In this document: piece after piece, positions 26,323 to 39,442 of the stretch
How the letters are laid out: every line of letters begins with the position of its first letter
Position numbering within the stretch: position 1 is the first letter of the stretch
Assembly (NCBI RefSeq): GCF_006345805.1
Contig: NC_043012.1
Coordinates: forward strand, 29,760,001-29,824,000
DNA length: 64,000 bases
Reading direction: 5' to 3'
Source of the DNA: Octopus sinensis
Taxonomy: Eukaryota
The notes under the pieces: generated by a model
What the model saw: only the letters and a program-made list of their open reading frames with translations
What the model was told of the DNA's origin: nothing
Database searches by the model: none
Program-made: the position numbers and the translations under genes

Positions 26323-27326
26323 ATATATATACACATACATACGTATACACACATATACAAACTACATATTTTAAAAAATTAATATAGAAGCTTTAATTAA
26401 GCCTAATTAAATCCACTAATCAACGTACATTCTCACCCTCTTTCTCTCTGTCTTTGTTTTTTTCTCTTTCTATCTATTTTTGTTTTTTACTCTGCCTTTC
26501 TCTCTCTCTCTCTCTCTAACTGTCGGACTACGCTCTTCGCTCTATCTCTCTAAATTCCTCTCTCACTCTGTATTTCTCTATCTAAATACTTCTCTCTCTC
26601 CCTCCCCCCTCCTCCCACCCTTTCCTTACAAAATTAAGCAGACTTCAAAATTCTCCAGTTTCACAATAACCAATAAAAATTCACCGTTTTTTTTTATTCC
26701 CCCCTCCCTCCCTACCTTCACTCTCTGAATTAATTATTTCAGAGGAGAGAGAGAAGAAAAAGATTAGGGAGAAAGAGAGAGAGAGAGAAGGAAAAGAATA
26801 GAGAGAAAGAGAGCGAGAAGAAAAAGATAAGAGAGAGAGAGAGAACGAGATAAAAGGGGGTGGTATTAGAGGAAATGAGACATCACTTCCACATACATAA
26901 ATAAACACACATACACACACACACACTTTTTTCATCTTATTTCTCCTGCGTGTGTGTCAGAATATGTATATCATATTTGTGTATGTGTCATACGTACACT
27001 GTGTGTGTGTGTGTGTGTATGTAGTATTTAAATGTATATGTAAGTTAGATATGTGAGTATATAGAATTAAAATTTGTAGAAGCAGCCTTATTTTCCTTAT
27101 TTTTTAAATTTCATTTTTAATTTTCTGTGTCATATTTCCTTCGCATGGACATAAGGAGTTTAATTAAAATGTTTCCGGCTTATAATATTGATTGTCTGCT
27201 TCTCTTTTTCTTCATCCTCTCCTTCCCTCTTTCTCTTCTTCCTCTCCCCCCCTTCCCCTCATTCTCTGTTTGACTGCCTGTCTGTCCGCCAGTTTAGAAA
27301 CCAAAAAAAAAGAAGAAACCACTACT

Positions 27327-27358
<32 letters not shown>

Positions 27359-27454
27359 AATTTCCTGTATTGTTCACATAATTCAAGTCTTTCTTTCCAT
27401 TTCAATAATGGAATTATAATTATATACAAATATATACATATACATATATATATA

Positions 27455-27499
<45 letters not shown>

Positions 27500-30179
27500 C
27501 AGGAGGTAAGGTTATTTATATATTTCTCTCTCTTTCAGATACACGTGTGTGTGTGTGTGTGTGTATGTATGTATATATATATATATATATATATGTATTA
27601 CTTATTATACTCAGAAAATATTGACTTTTAATATATATATTGTGTGTGTGTGTGTGTGCATGTATGTCTCTTTTGACTCCCTTAGACGATGCTACAACTT
27701 TTCCCCTTCTATATTAACTACATACACACACGCACACTCATCTACATGTGTGTGTATGTATGTATATATATATATATATATACATACACACAGACAGACA
27801 GAAAGAAAAAGCGAGAGTGTGTGTATATGTATCTATCTAGATATGCATCTACACTCACACTCATGTGTGTATATGTGTGTGTAGGTGTCTTATTCACTGT
27901 TATTCTACACAAACACATGATATCCGTTATTGAAAGAATGCCAAATTAACAATCTAAAATGGTTTTGTAGCCACAGGCAGGAAGCCAAAGATCTACAAAG
28001 AAAGGGAGGATGTGCGTAGTTGTGACATTCATGGCTTTCTCAAAGATGTTAACTGGTATGGATGTGGACTTAAGTTTGTTTAGCACTACTTCAGGTTCAA
28101 TTCTACTGTGCAGTACATCTGTGGGAAAGTATCTTGTACCATATCATTGAATTGATTAAAATCTTAGGAATGATTTGACTGATGCAAATTTTGTGGAAAC
28201 CCATCAGAAAATCTGTATCCACTGTTGGGTGGTGGAGTTAATTCACCATCTAGTTTTACAAACACCACCACCACTACCCAATCCTTGGCTGTTTTTTTGT
28301 AGCAGATTATTCCTTGTTACAGACATTCATGCCAAGTCTCTGGTGTAAAGCTTCCTGTTTTGGAAGGTCCCCGTGAAGGGCCATAGCTACATCCCTTCTT
28401 TCTCTGACTAAAACTTTGCTTAGCCTTCATTCACGAGTAATTATGATTTGGTAACATTACCATGCTTTGGCTAATTGTTTTAGGGGGCCTGTGTAGTCAC
28501 AGGTAGACATAGCCACCTTCTTGGCCCTCCTTATCCTTCATTCAGCAGATCATTCAGAATATGAGAACTGAGGTGAGAAACAGCTGTCCCAGCAAATGAC
28601 TGGTACTTATTTTTTGCTGAGTAAACTGGAACAATGTGAAATGAAGTGACTTGCTGAAGGTCACAATCATAAGGTCCTGGAATCAAAGCCACGACCCTTA
28701 TGATTGTGAGCCCAACACTCTAAACACAAGTCACTGGTGACCTGAGCCAAGCTGACCCAAGCCACCGTTGACCTTCAGAAACTCACACCTTTTTATGGCT
28801 TTTGGGAAATCCCTGAAGACTTAAAAGTTTCAATGTAGAACACGAAGAGGAAAACAAAGTGTGTTGGACTCTTTTTTTTAATAAGTTAACCTTTTTGTCA
28901 CCATATTTCTGTTGAAACACATGTTTTTGTTTTAATTAATTTTGAAAATAATGAAAGCTTTAGTCAAATTATTCTGTCACTATTAAGCTTGTATTTTGAA
29001 TACAAATTAAGATGAAATTTTAAGTGACGATTTTTATTTAGATTATTTTAAATCAGGAAGTTTTATCATAGAACCAGAAGTAGTCTCAGGTACAGCAAAG
29101 GAGTCAAACATGCCCTCCACCTTGATGCAAGCTGATATTTACTCATCCACTTTTATTTTCTCTATAACTTTGTACATTCAATACAACATGTTGTGCACAT
29201 CATGTAGCAACGCACTCTTTAGACATGTTTTCTGCTCCTTAAACACAGGTATGGCTTTGTGGTCCTGTGGATACAGGGTTTGCCTTATGTCCATGTGGTT
29301 TTGCGATCAATCTCTGTGCCACCTTAGGCAAATGTCTTCTATAGCTTCAGATGGACCAATGTCTTGTGATTGGAATTGGTCAATAGAAATTGTATAGAAG
29401 CCTGTTATGTGCATGTGTGTGTGTGTGTGAAGGTATTTGGCTCATGATCGTAAGGTCATGATTTCGATTCCTGGTAGCACACTTTGTATCACGTTGCTCT
29501 ACTCCATTCAGCTGATAAAAACGAGTAATACCAGAAATTCAGAGGGGCCAGGCTTGACACACTCTGTGTCACACTGAATCTCCCTGAGACCCAAGGGTAT
29601 GCTTGTCTATTGTGTGCTCTGCCACTTGCACGTTAATTTCATGAACAAGCTGTTCTGTTGATTGGATCAATTGGAGACCCTCATTTTCATAACCAGCAGA
29701 GTGGTGCCAATGTGTGATTTGGAAATGTAACAGAATGGGTAAAGTAATATTGCTGTGGGGAGTGGACAGTGTCTTTCTTCAGGGCTGAGATAATGGGGAG
29801 GCGAAAGGAAAGAGACAAGTTGTCATTGTGGGTTTGTGTGAGTGGCTGCAACTGCTGGGAAAGTAAAACAACAGGAGGACCTTATGTATCTTTATCTTTT
29901 ACTTGGTTCAGTCACTAGATTGTGGCCATGTTGGGGCACCACCTTAAAGAGTTCTTTGTCGAACACCAGGATTTAGATTTCTTTAAAGCTTCATACTTAT
30001 TCTATCAATGTCCTTTGTATGTATCATCATTTGTATGTATATATATATAAAAGACTTTTTTCTATTCCCTAATACATCTGTTTGTTATACTAATACATCT
30101 GTTTGTTTTGTACACCACCTGTCTTCGTCTTTTGTTTTTTTCGTAAACTCTCCCTATATATCTATATATATGAAACTTA

Positions 30180-30570
30180 AGGAGTGGCTGTGTGGTAAGT
30201 AGCATGCTTACCAACCACATGGTTCCGGGTTCAGTCCCACTGTGTGGCACCTTGGGCAAGTGTCTTCTACTATAGCCTCAGGCCGACCAAAGCCTTGTGA
30301 GTGGATTTGGTAGACAGAAGCTGAAAGAAGCCCATTGTATATATGTATATATATGTGTGTGTGTGTGTTTGTCTGTGTTTGTCCCCCCAACATCGCTTGG
30401 CAACTAATGCTGGTGTGTTTACGTCCCTGTAACTTAGCGGTTCGCCAAAAGAGACCGATAGAATAAGTACTAGGCTTACAGAGAGTAAGTCCTGGGGTCA
30501 ATTTGCTCAACTAAAGGCGGTGCTCCAGTATGGCCATAGTCAAATGACTGAAACAAGTAAAAGAGAAAGA
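30180..30570 (+). mobile_element. tRNA-derived SINE family A, full length (~390 bp)
   Basis: Head GGAGTGGCTGTGTGGTAAG (A-box-like) and GGTTCAGTCCC (B-box-like), internal TG microsatellite, purine-rich tail. Confidence 0.85.
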
Positions 30571-30700
30571 CACCATTCTGCTCAAATAATGGAACTGCGG
30601 ATACAATATCCTTAAGTATCTCACCTCTATTTTCATCCCTCTACTTCACTCTGTATTTCATATCTTCTCTATAATAACTATTGCTTAATTTTCTCACACC

Positions 30701-30748
30701 GTCTCTGATGAAGGGATATATAAAATATCCCGGAAACAGCTGTAAGAC
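30701..30748 (+). ncRNA. Minimal type I hammerhead ribozyme motif
   Basis: Stem I GTCT/AGAC; core CTGATGA; stem II GGGATAT-ATAAA-ATATCCC with an A.G mismatch at its base; GAAA; palindromic stem III ACAGCTGT; cleavage triplet GUA (30742-30744). Confidence 0.75.
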
Positions 30749-31904
30749 CTCTTTATAAAAGTTCCGAAATCTTCCACAGCCTTGGATTTTTATCTCATTC
30801 TGTTAATTTTTTATATACACACATGCTGATATATGACCTACGTTGGACTCCTCATTTGCATAATCACTGAACCTGGAGCTTAACTATAGTCTGTCCATAG
30901 CACTTACTCAGCATTACCTGACATCTTTGGGTGTTCTTGACACCATTACCTCTCATAACCTCGATATACATATATATGTGTGTGTGTGTGTGTATATGTA
31001 TGTATATATATATATATGTGTGTATATATGTATGTATATATTACATGTGTATATATATGTATTTCGTGGCACTCTGTCAGTTACGACAATGAGGATTCCA
31101 GTTGATCCGATCAATGTAACAGCCTGCTCGTGAAATTAACGTGCAAGTGGCTGAGCACTCCACAGGCACGTGTACTCTTAATGTAGTTCTCAGGGAGATT
31201 CAGCATGACACTGAGTGTGACAAGGCTGGCCCTTTGAAATACAGGTACAACAGAAACAGGAAGAAAGAGTGAGAGAAAGTTGTGAAAGAGTACAGCAGGG
31301 TTCACCACCACCCCTGCCGGAGCCTCGTGGAGCTTTAGGTATTTCCCCTCATTAAGCACTCAATGCCTAGTCTGGGAATCGAAACCGCGATCCTAAAACT
31401 GCAAGTCCGCTGCCCTAACCACTGGGCCCATTGCACCTCCGCATATATGTATATATATATATTATATGTATGTATATGTATATGTATATATGTACATGTA
31501 TATATGTATATATATATATATGTATGTGTGTATATATATATATGCGTATATATGTCTGTGAATGTGTGTTGGCATTTTATGTTTTTGCATGAGCAAAGAA
31601 ACCTTAGTGCCATGTTTAAATTCCCCCTGTGAACAGTATGTACCAAAGCTCTGTACTTTCAAATTTTAGCAGAAGAAAGAAAGAAATCTTATAAAACAGC
31701 ATCCAGTTATAAAATATTGCCTCATATAAAGCAGCCTTCCAACCCTTACCAGCATGGAAAAGCAGACATAAAAACGGGTGATTGAATCATGTAACATCAT
31801 GTTGCAACTTATTCCTTGGACATGTCATGCCATCATGTAGCATAACATGGATCATTTCACCTACCATGTAACAACATATTCCTTATACATGTTATACACC
31901 TTAA

Positions 31905-32114
31905 CCCTTTAGCATTCAGATTACTTTGCCAAATATATTGCCATTGTTTTGAATTTAATCCTGCTTTATTCCCTGGCTTTGAGATTTCAATGATACGATT
32001 GTTTATTCTTTGAATAACATTGTAAGGGAGGTGTGAGAAGCCTGATCTGGCTGGTTTGAACATGGACCAGGTAGAATATTTAGGCTAGATACGACTGGTT
32101 TAAATACTAGAGGG
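31905..32114. mobile_element. piggyBac-type MITE
   Basis: TTAA target duplications at 31901-31904 and 32115-32118; TIRs CCCTTTAGCATT / AATACTAGAGGG (10/12 complementary). Confidence 0.75.
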
Positions 32115-33912
32115 TTAAAGGTATCGCACTGCCATGTAGTAGCACATAACCTCTCATATACTTTATATTCCATGAGTATGTCATACCACCATGTAGCAAC
32201 TTATCCTTCATTCTATGTTTATACTCAGGTATTTTAGAGCACCATGCAGCAATACACTTCTTACATGTCGCACAAATCATGCATCATCTTATTCCTGAGA
32301 CATGGAGCCTCATCACCATGTAGCCAAATACTCCAGAGATGTTATACATGGTTTGACATTTATGCAATGACAACACTGCTGCTGTTGTTGTTTAACCCCA
32401 ATTGGACCCTTTTCTGAGAAGACCTATCATGTAAGATTATACAGGGTTACATTATCTAATGTGTCCTTGTTATGTATTTAGCCCTTCTGTTACCAACCCA
32501 TCTAAGACCACAACTCCTTGATTAGTGATATAAACTTCCTTTTTTAAAGTGATCAAATTTAAAAAAAAAAGGAGATTTTAATTAAAATTTCATGTTTGAA
32601 ATCCCAGCTTAATTCTGAGACTGATCCTTGGTTCTAAATTAAAACCTCATGTTAATTAATGTTTCAGACATCAGCTTAATGACGACAGTTGTTTTTACTA
32701 AATTCATCATTATGTTAAAAATTAAGTGAAACAAAAACAGTGGATTTCAATACAAATGAAGTCATAAAAGGGAGATCTGGTTATGATTTCTTGTAGGATG
32801 AACATCCACATAGAGGCTTCTTCACTGGTTCAAAAAGGAAACCCTTTCTAAATAAAGTTCCTTGAATGTTGTCTGCACCTTTCATAACCTTACAACTATG
32901 CACTGACTATATCCTCCTCCCTAGGGAACAGAATTCTTCATCATTTTATGTCTGCTTTCTATGCTGGCATTGGTTAGATGAGTCATTAAGGTCCAAGTGT
33001 GTTCTTATTCATAATTAGTGTTCTTCTAGATATGTTGGAAGACCACATCTGGCCTCTATGTTTCATTTTTGGCTCGAGAGTCTAAGTTGCATGTCCTTCC
33101 TATTATTGAGCATCTCACAGAATATTTTGGATGCATTTTATCTTGGCACCAGCATTAGAGAGGTTGTTATGTTCTTGACAAGATGAAAGGATCTTGTCAA
33201 CCCCACATCATCTCTGCTCATTCACCAACAACTTCACAAAGTGCACCAGTGGAGTCGCCAAGTACCCCATATGATTTAAAAGAGTCCTCATTACTCTATG
33301 ATGTATTTTATTTGTTCAGAGCAGCGTGGCCCAGAAGGAGAATAGAAGAGAGAGTGTGTTGACTAAAGAAAAAAGGGTGAATAGGTAAAGGGAACGAGAG
33401 AGAGAGAGAGGGTTAATTGTGGAGGACTGAAGGTGGACAATGGAGAGAGTGAGTGATGGCTGTTGGTGAAGAGTTAACAGGTAAAATCTGTAGGCTACAA
33501 CCTGTTTGAATTCTTTATAATACTAGAAATCGTTAACCAACTAAAACATACCTGTGCAACGCAAGTTTTAATTAAACGTTTTTCTTTCTTCTTTTGTTTT
33601 TCTCTTTCACAGCATCCTTGCAGGATTTTTGAGAAGCCATCCAGTATCAGAAGTTTTTGATGAAGAAAATGATGATAGAAATTTTTAAAGTGAAAGTTTC
33701 AAACTATTTATCTTCGGCTGGAATAGTTTCCTGAAGACATGAAAGACTGGTGCTGCATCATATTTATATAATTTCTTTCTTTGTTTGCATTTACTAATTA
33801 TTTAAGATCAGGGAAAGCAAACTAAGGTTTGCTAACGAATTTGAAAAAAAAGAAATCAAATATATATGTATTAATATATATATTATATATATGTATATAT
33901 ATATCTAAAATC

Positions 33913-35763
33913 ATGGCTAGTACAGAAAGTACACTAGAATCTGATAATTTCCCACTGAGTTCTGAATCTGAGTTGTCTAAAATAACGGCATTGGAAGACA
34001 TGTCGACGACAGATGAAAGTATGAATGCAACAACTGATGAAGCAGACAACTCGTGGGAGACAACCAAGTCGGTGTTAACAGCAACCATAAACAAGGTGAA
34101 CATTTCCGATTCGGCACAGGGGAGTGCGGGGAACTCAAATTTCACAGTAAACAGCAATAGTAATGATTCGATGAACAACAGCAACAACCAACCAGAGGGT
34201 TTATTCTCTGTGGCAGCTAGTAGCACTCTCATAAAGACAGTTGTGTTTCCGGCAGCAAGTGCCAATGGAGGGGACAAACCATACAAATGTGACACGTGCG
34301 AAAAAGCATTTTCATTGCGCCGTGCTCTCAAGGCACACAAAAGAGTACACACAGGGGAAAAACCATTCAAGTGTGACACATGTCCGAAAGCTTTCAGCCA
34401 CCAGGGGGCACTGAAAGCACACAAGAGGGTGCATACTGGAGAGAGACCATTCAAGTGTGACGTGTGCGATATGTCGTTTTCCCATCGCTCGACTCTCATC
34501 ACTCATCGAAGGACTCACACAGGTGAAAAACCGTTCAAATGTGACCTTTGTGACGAGGTTTTCTCCTACCGCCAGACAATGAAATCTCACCGCAAAAAAC
34601 ACTTTTTGGCGGCAAATGCCAATGGCCTCGGTGCAACCAATGCAACAGCTCACACCATAGTGAAACGGATGAGATGCGACACGTGCGGTTTGGAGTTTGC
34701 CTCCAAAGAGGAAGTGGAGACTCACATTATTGAGGTCCACGTGGAAAAGAAGATCTTTAACTGTCTGACTTGTAAAAAGAATTTCCCCACATCTTACAGT
34801 TTGGAGAAACACAAATTGATGCATTTAGTAACAAATTCCTCAAGCTGTAGGTCTGTATCTGGCAGGGTCCCAAACAAATCAGGCAGCAATGGTCCCAGTA
34901 CTGCTGCTGTTGCTGCAGCTGCTGCTGCTGCGGCCGCTGCTGCTGCCGCCGCTGCAGACGCCAGCTCCGTGGTCGGTGATACTGCCGAAGAACGGGTTGC
35001 GTCGTTCTCACATGTACTTAAACAGCAGAAATCAAACAACAACAACAACAGCAGCAGTCACACCGCTGTCACCACTACCACCACCACCAACACTATCCTC
35101 ACCCCCAACAACAACAACAACAACAACAACCATCATCACAACAACAGCATCACCATCAACAACATCAGCAACAACCACTTGAACAGCAGCAATAGTCGCA
35201 GTTGCAGCATCGCTGTCAACAGCAACAGCAGCAGCAGCAAAAGCATTGGCAACAACACCCATACCACTGCCACCCCCATCATCACAACCACAGCAACAAC
35301 CATCAGCAACAGCATCAACACCAACATCCCCACTAATATCCCAACCACCACCACCACCACCATCACAAACAACAACAACAACAGCAGCAGTAAAAACAAC
35401 AACATTGTAACTGCAAATCGCATTCATATTGAAGAGTGTCCTTACAAGTGCTGCATATGTAACGAGGGTTTCCCGTCAATGAAAACCCTAACAGAACACG
35501 AACGGACCCACAACGACGACATGTCGATGAACCTGCTGATGCCATCATCGCTGCTGTCATCGTACACGTGTGACATCTGCGGTGTGGTGTTCTCACAGAA
35601 GTCGAACCTCAACGCTCACAAACGAAGTCACGGGGAAGAGAAATCTCTGGATTACAGTTCCACATCAGCCGTTGTTCCTCAGAAAGACTATTCTGACTCA
35701 CCGTTCGAGTGCACGATATGTGGTGCCCTCTTCACCAACAACATGTGGTCGAGTAGCTCATAA
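33913..35763 (+). CDS. C2H2 (Kruppel-type) zinc-finger transcription factor, ~616 aa
   Basis: Uninterrupted ORF. The ATG at 33913 (aaatcATGG) follows a TA tract, so it is preferred over the ORF-track start at 33829. Four tandem fingers with TGEKP/TGERP linkers, two more, a ~15-Ala run, an N/T/S low-complexity linker, two further fingers and a truncated ninth (FECTICGALFTNNMWSSSS*). Confidence 0.9.
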   Translation: MASTESTLESDNFPLSSESELSKITALEDMSTTDESMNATTDEADNSWETTKSVLTATINKVNISDSAQGSAGNSNFTVNSNSNDSMNNSNNQPEGLFSVAASSTLIKTVVFPAASANGGDKPYKCDTCEKAFSLRRALKAHKRVHTGEKPFKCDTCPKAFSHQGALKAHKRVHTGERPFKCDVCDMSFSHRSTLITHRRTHTGEKPFKCDLCDEVFSYRQTMKSHRKKHFLAANANGLGATNATAHTIVKRMRCDTCGLEFASKEEVETHIIEVHVEKKIFNCLTCKKNFPTSYSLEKHKLMHLVTNSSSCRSVSGRVPNKSGSNGPSTAAVAAAAAAAAAAAAAAADASSVVGDTAEERVASFSHVLKQQKSNNNNNSSSHTAVTTTTTTNTILTPNNNNNNNNHHHNNSITINNISNNHLNSSNSRSCSIAVNSNSSSSKSIGNNTHTTATPIITTTATTISNSINTNIPTNIPTTTTTTITNNNNNSSSKNNNIVTANRIHIEECPYKCCICNEGFPSMKTLTEHERTHNDDMSMNLLMPSSLLSSYTCDICGVVFSQKSNLNAHKRSHGEEKSLDYSSTSAVVPQKDYSDSPFECTICGALFTNNMWSSSS

Positions 35764-35800
35764 CACATGCAGGCACAATGCACAGATACACACCTGTAAG

Positions 35801-35831
<31 letters not shown>

Positions 35832-35990
35832 ATGTACACAAAAGCACATATACTTTCATAAACTACAGGTGTATATACATACATACATATATATATATAA
35901 TAATTTGAGGGAATATTATTCCTAACTTAAAGGGAAAAATTCAATTTAGAAATACTAAATCAAATTTCACAAAATATAATATATATATAG

Positions 35991-36108
35991 AAATTAGAAA
36001 AAACCCCCACCTTTTATCAATTCAAAATGAACAATTGAATGAAATTTTCTAGATGGTGTAATTTAATTGTTCATTTTGAATTGATAAAAGATGTTTTTTT
36101 TCTAATTT
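35991..36108. repeat. Inverted repeat (26-bp perfect core arms 36011-36036/36065-36090)
   Basis: cttttatcaattcaaaatgaacaatt versus aattgttcattttgaattgataaaag; outer aaattagaaaaaa/ttttttctaattt. Confidence 0.9.
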
Positions 36109-37619
36109 ATGTATCTATCTATCTATCTATCTATATATATATATATATATACACACATACACCTTCACAAATACATGTAATACACCCTCAAACACAACTT
36201 TACATACATGCATACACATGAACACCAGCACACCACACACACACAAGCACACATTTTATGAGGAAGTGTTTTTAAACACTAATACATTATAACTACTAAT
36301 AGTACTACTACTAAATAAAAATAACGATAATTAATCTTGGCTTGGGTAAGTCACAAGATATGTAGGGAGTGAAGTAGGGTGTTAATGATGTTCTCATCAC
36401 ATCAAGGTCTCTATTTCAAACTCTACAAAGCTTGCTACAATTAGCAACAGATAATAATAATAATAATAATAATAAATCATTGGGTGGGAATGGCCAGAGT
36501 GGTTGGAGATTGGACTGGAATACTTCAGTATCACTGCTTCAGTGCCTGTTTTCTTGGATCCTGTTTAAGGATGATGGAAGTTAGTGGCACAGGTTGGCAG
36601 AGGTGGTGCTCTTGGTAAAATATATTTGGCAAGGTTGATGAGATTTTTTAGAAATTACCTTTTTACACCCCTCCCCCTCCCATCTGCTCTCTCTTTGACT
36701 CTTTCTTTTCTCTCTCTCCCACTCTCTTCTCCTTCGCCCTCCCTCCCACATTCATTTATTCTTCTACTGGTTTCAGTCATTGGATCATGGCCATGCTGGG
36801 GCACTGCCTCAATTTTTTTTTTTTAGTTGATCACATGCCCCCCTCCCCAACACTTTGGTACTTTATCAACCTTAGAAGCAAAAGAAGGCAAATTGTACAT
36901 GCTATAAAGGGAGATAATTGGATCAAACCTGCAATGTATTTATTTGATGTGCTGGCTTTGTTTATCCGATACCAGATTATATATATATATATATATATAT
37001 ATACACTCTCATACATATTCATTATTCTTAAATAAGTGACAATGGCTTTGAAGTTTTGGCCAGTCAAGCCAATATCAGCACTTTGACAATGGCTTAACTG
37101 GCCAGAACGTCAAAGTCACTGTTGATAATATTCTTGTTTAAAAATAATACGAAAGTATAGAGAAACCCTTCAGACCAATGTAGAATTGTTATTATAATGA
37201 CTGAACATAAAAACAAAATCATACACACTTATATATATATATATATGATTAATTAAGTTTCTGTCTGCTAAGTTCCATCCACATGATACTTGTCAACCTG
37301 AAAGTAAGATAGACAAACAACTGTTCAAGGTGCCGTGTTGTGGGGTTGATCCTGAAGACGCATTGTTCCAAATGAAGCCAACTTTTAACCACATAGCCAT
37401 TCCTGAAGTCATAAGTGGCATATTTATAAACTTAGGACACACAGTACCTATAGAAAAGTGAACACTATATGTATATATGATATATATGTATGTATGTATA
37501 TATATATATATACACACACACAATGATATAGTCCGTTAACGATAATACATTACAAATTCAAATTTTGGCTCATGCCAATCAATCAATCTATCATACAAAC
37601 ACACATACACACACACAAA

Positions 37620-37664
<45 letters not shown>

Positions 37665-38155
37665 TATAAGCCAAATTCCTAGGTCAATAACAACTCTCAA
37701 TAACATTACAACAACAACAATACCAGCGCCAATAATTGGTTTCTTGAATGAATGAAGAGGAGAATAAAACTGGTTCTTTTATTCGCAACCAAAAAAAGAA
37801 AAAGGAAACAATGTACAGACGTAACTGGAAAGAAAAACAAAACGATGAAATGAGGCTTAGCCGACATTATTATTATTATTATTATTGTAACAATCTCAGG
37901 AATAATTTGTCTTTGTTTTTGTTGTTATTTTCTTGTCTCTCCTTATATATGTGTGTGTGTGTGTGTGTGTGTATTTGTGTTTATTTTTATTTTGTAATTT
38001 TTTTTTCTTTTTTTTTTTTTCTTCAGTATTCCTTTCTTGAAATGCAATGTAATCGAATATTGTGAGTGTATCTATCTAATCTAATATATATATATATATA
38101 CACATACATACATACATATATATATACATACATATATATATATACACACACATAT

Positions 38156-38211
<56 letters not shown>

Positions 38212-38331
38212 ATACACACACATATATATATATATATATACACACATATATATATATACACACATACATATATACATACACACACACACACATACATACA
38301 TCCATCCATTCATACAGATATATACATATAC

Positions 38332-38372
<41 letters not shown>

Positions 38373-39411
38373 TATATACATACACACATATATAATATAT
38401 ATATACATATGCATGTAATATATACATATGTATATGCAATATATTTATATGTGTGTATGTATATATGTATATATAAATGCTAAAGAAAGGAGAATTATAC
38501 ATTTTTATTCAGATTATGCATGTTATACATTTTATATATATATATTTATAAATGTATGTATATCATACACACAGGTGTATACATGCGTAGTAGTTCTAAG
38601 ACCTCTACCTACATAACATGTGTAAATGATCCATGAATCCACAGGTAAAGTGAAAGCTATCCTTCTTTAGTTTTTGGTTGTCAGTTGATCGTTTGTCACT
38701 CTTATCTCGCATTCTTTTGGCTATACATGTTGGTGTGTATTTATGCATGTAATGTGTACACTATATATATATATATATAATATATATATTCACACACATA
38801 CATGCATACTGGATTATGGGGATTTATCTGCAACATGTGGAGAAGGCTGTAAACCTTGCACTAAAATTGTGATTTCGAATCACAAGAACACAAGCCTTTG
38901 CTTCCGACTGGTGTAGAAGCAGTGGTACATTTGTGGCGCCTTCAAAACCAGAGGAATTACTTGTCTGGTGGTGTTGTCATTGTGTTGTCATGTTGCTGTC
39001 ATTCCTTCAAGCATCGCACATTTTGATTGGGGACGGGACGTTTGAATGGGAAAGGAGAATGTTTGGTGTATTTGAACAACTGGAGAAAGTGTCTTGTGTG
39101 TATAACGCGGATGGTTATACATACAGGATCATTCATGTGTATGTATATGTGAATGATTCTGTTTCATATGGACATGTATATTTTTACATAAACACACACA
39201 AAACACAAATTAGGGCATAAATATTTGTGAACATGTTTATCATATACATATGTACATGTGTGTATGTATAAATATAGATGTCTGTGTATATGTATTTTTG
39301 TATGTGTTTATAGTATTTATATATATATATATATTATATATATATCATGTATATATATATATATATATATAGATATATATATATATATATCATGTATATA
39401 TATATATCATG

Positions 39412-39442
<31 letters not shown>

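Noticed and set aside
33829-33912. N-terminal extension of the ZNF ORF from the ORF track
   Set aside because: Starts at a non-ATG codon and runs through poly-A and TA microsatellite; the ATG at 33913 is more plausible.
33822-35596. Antisense ORFs overlapping the zinc-finger gene
   Set aside because: Shadow frames caused by codon usage and trinucleotide repeats of the sense CDS.
38869-38887. Short palindrome TTGTGATT-TCG-AATCACAA followed by GAACAC
   Set aside because: No CUGANGA core; an 8-bp hairpin is expected by chance.
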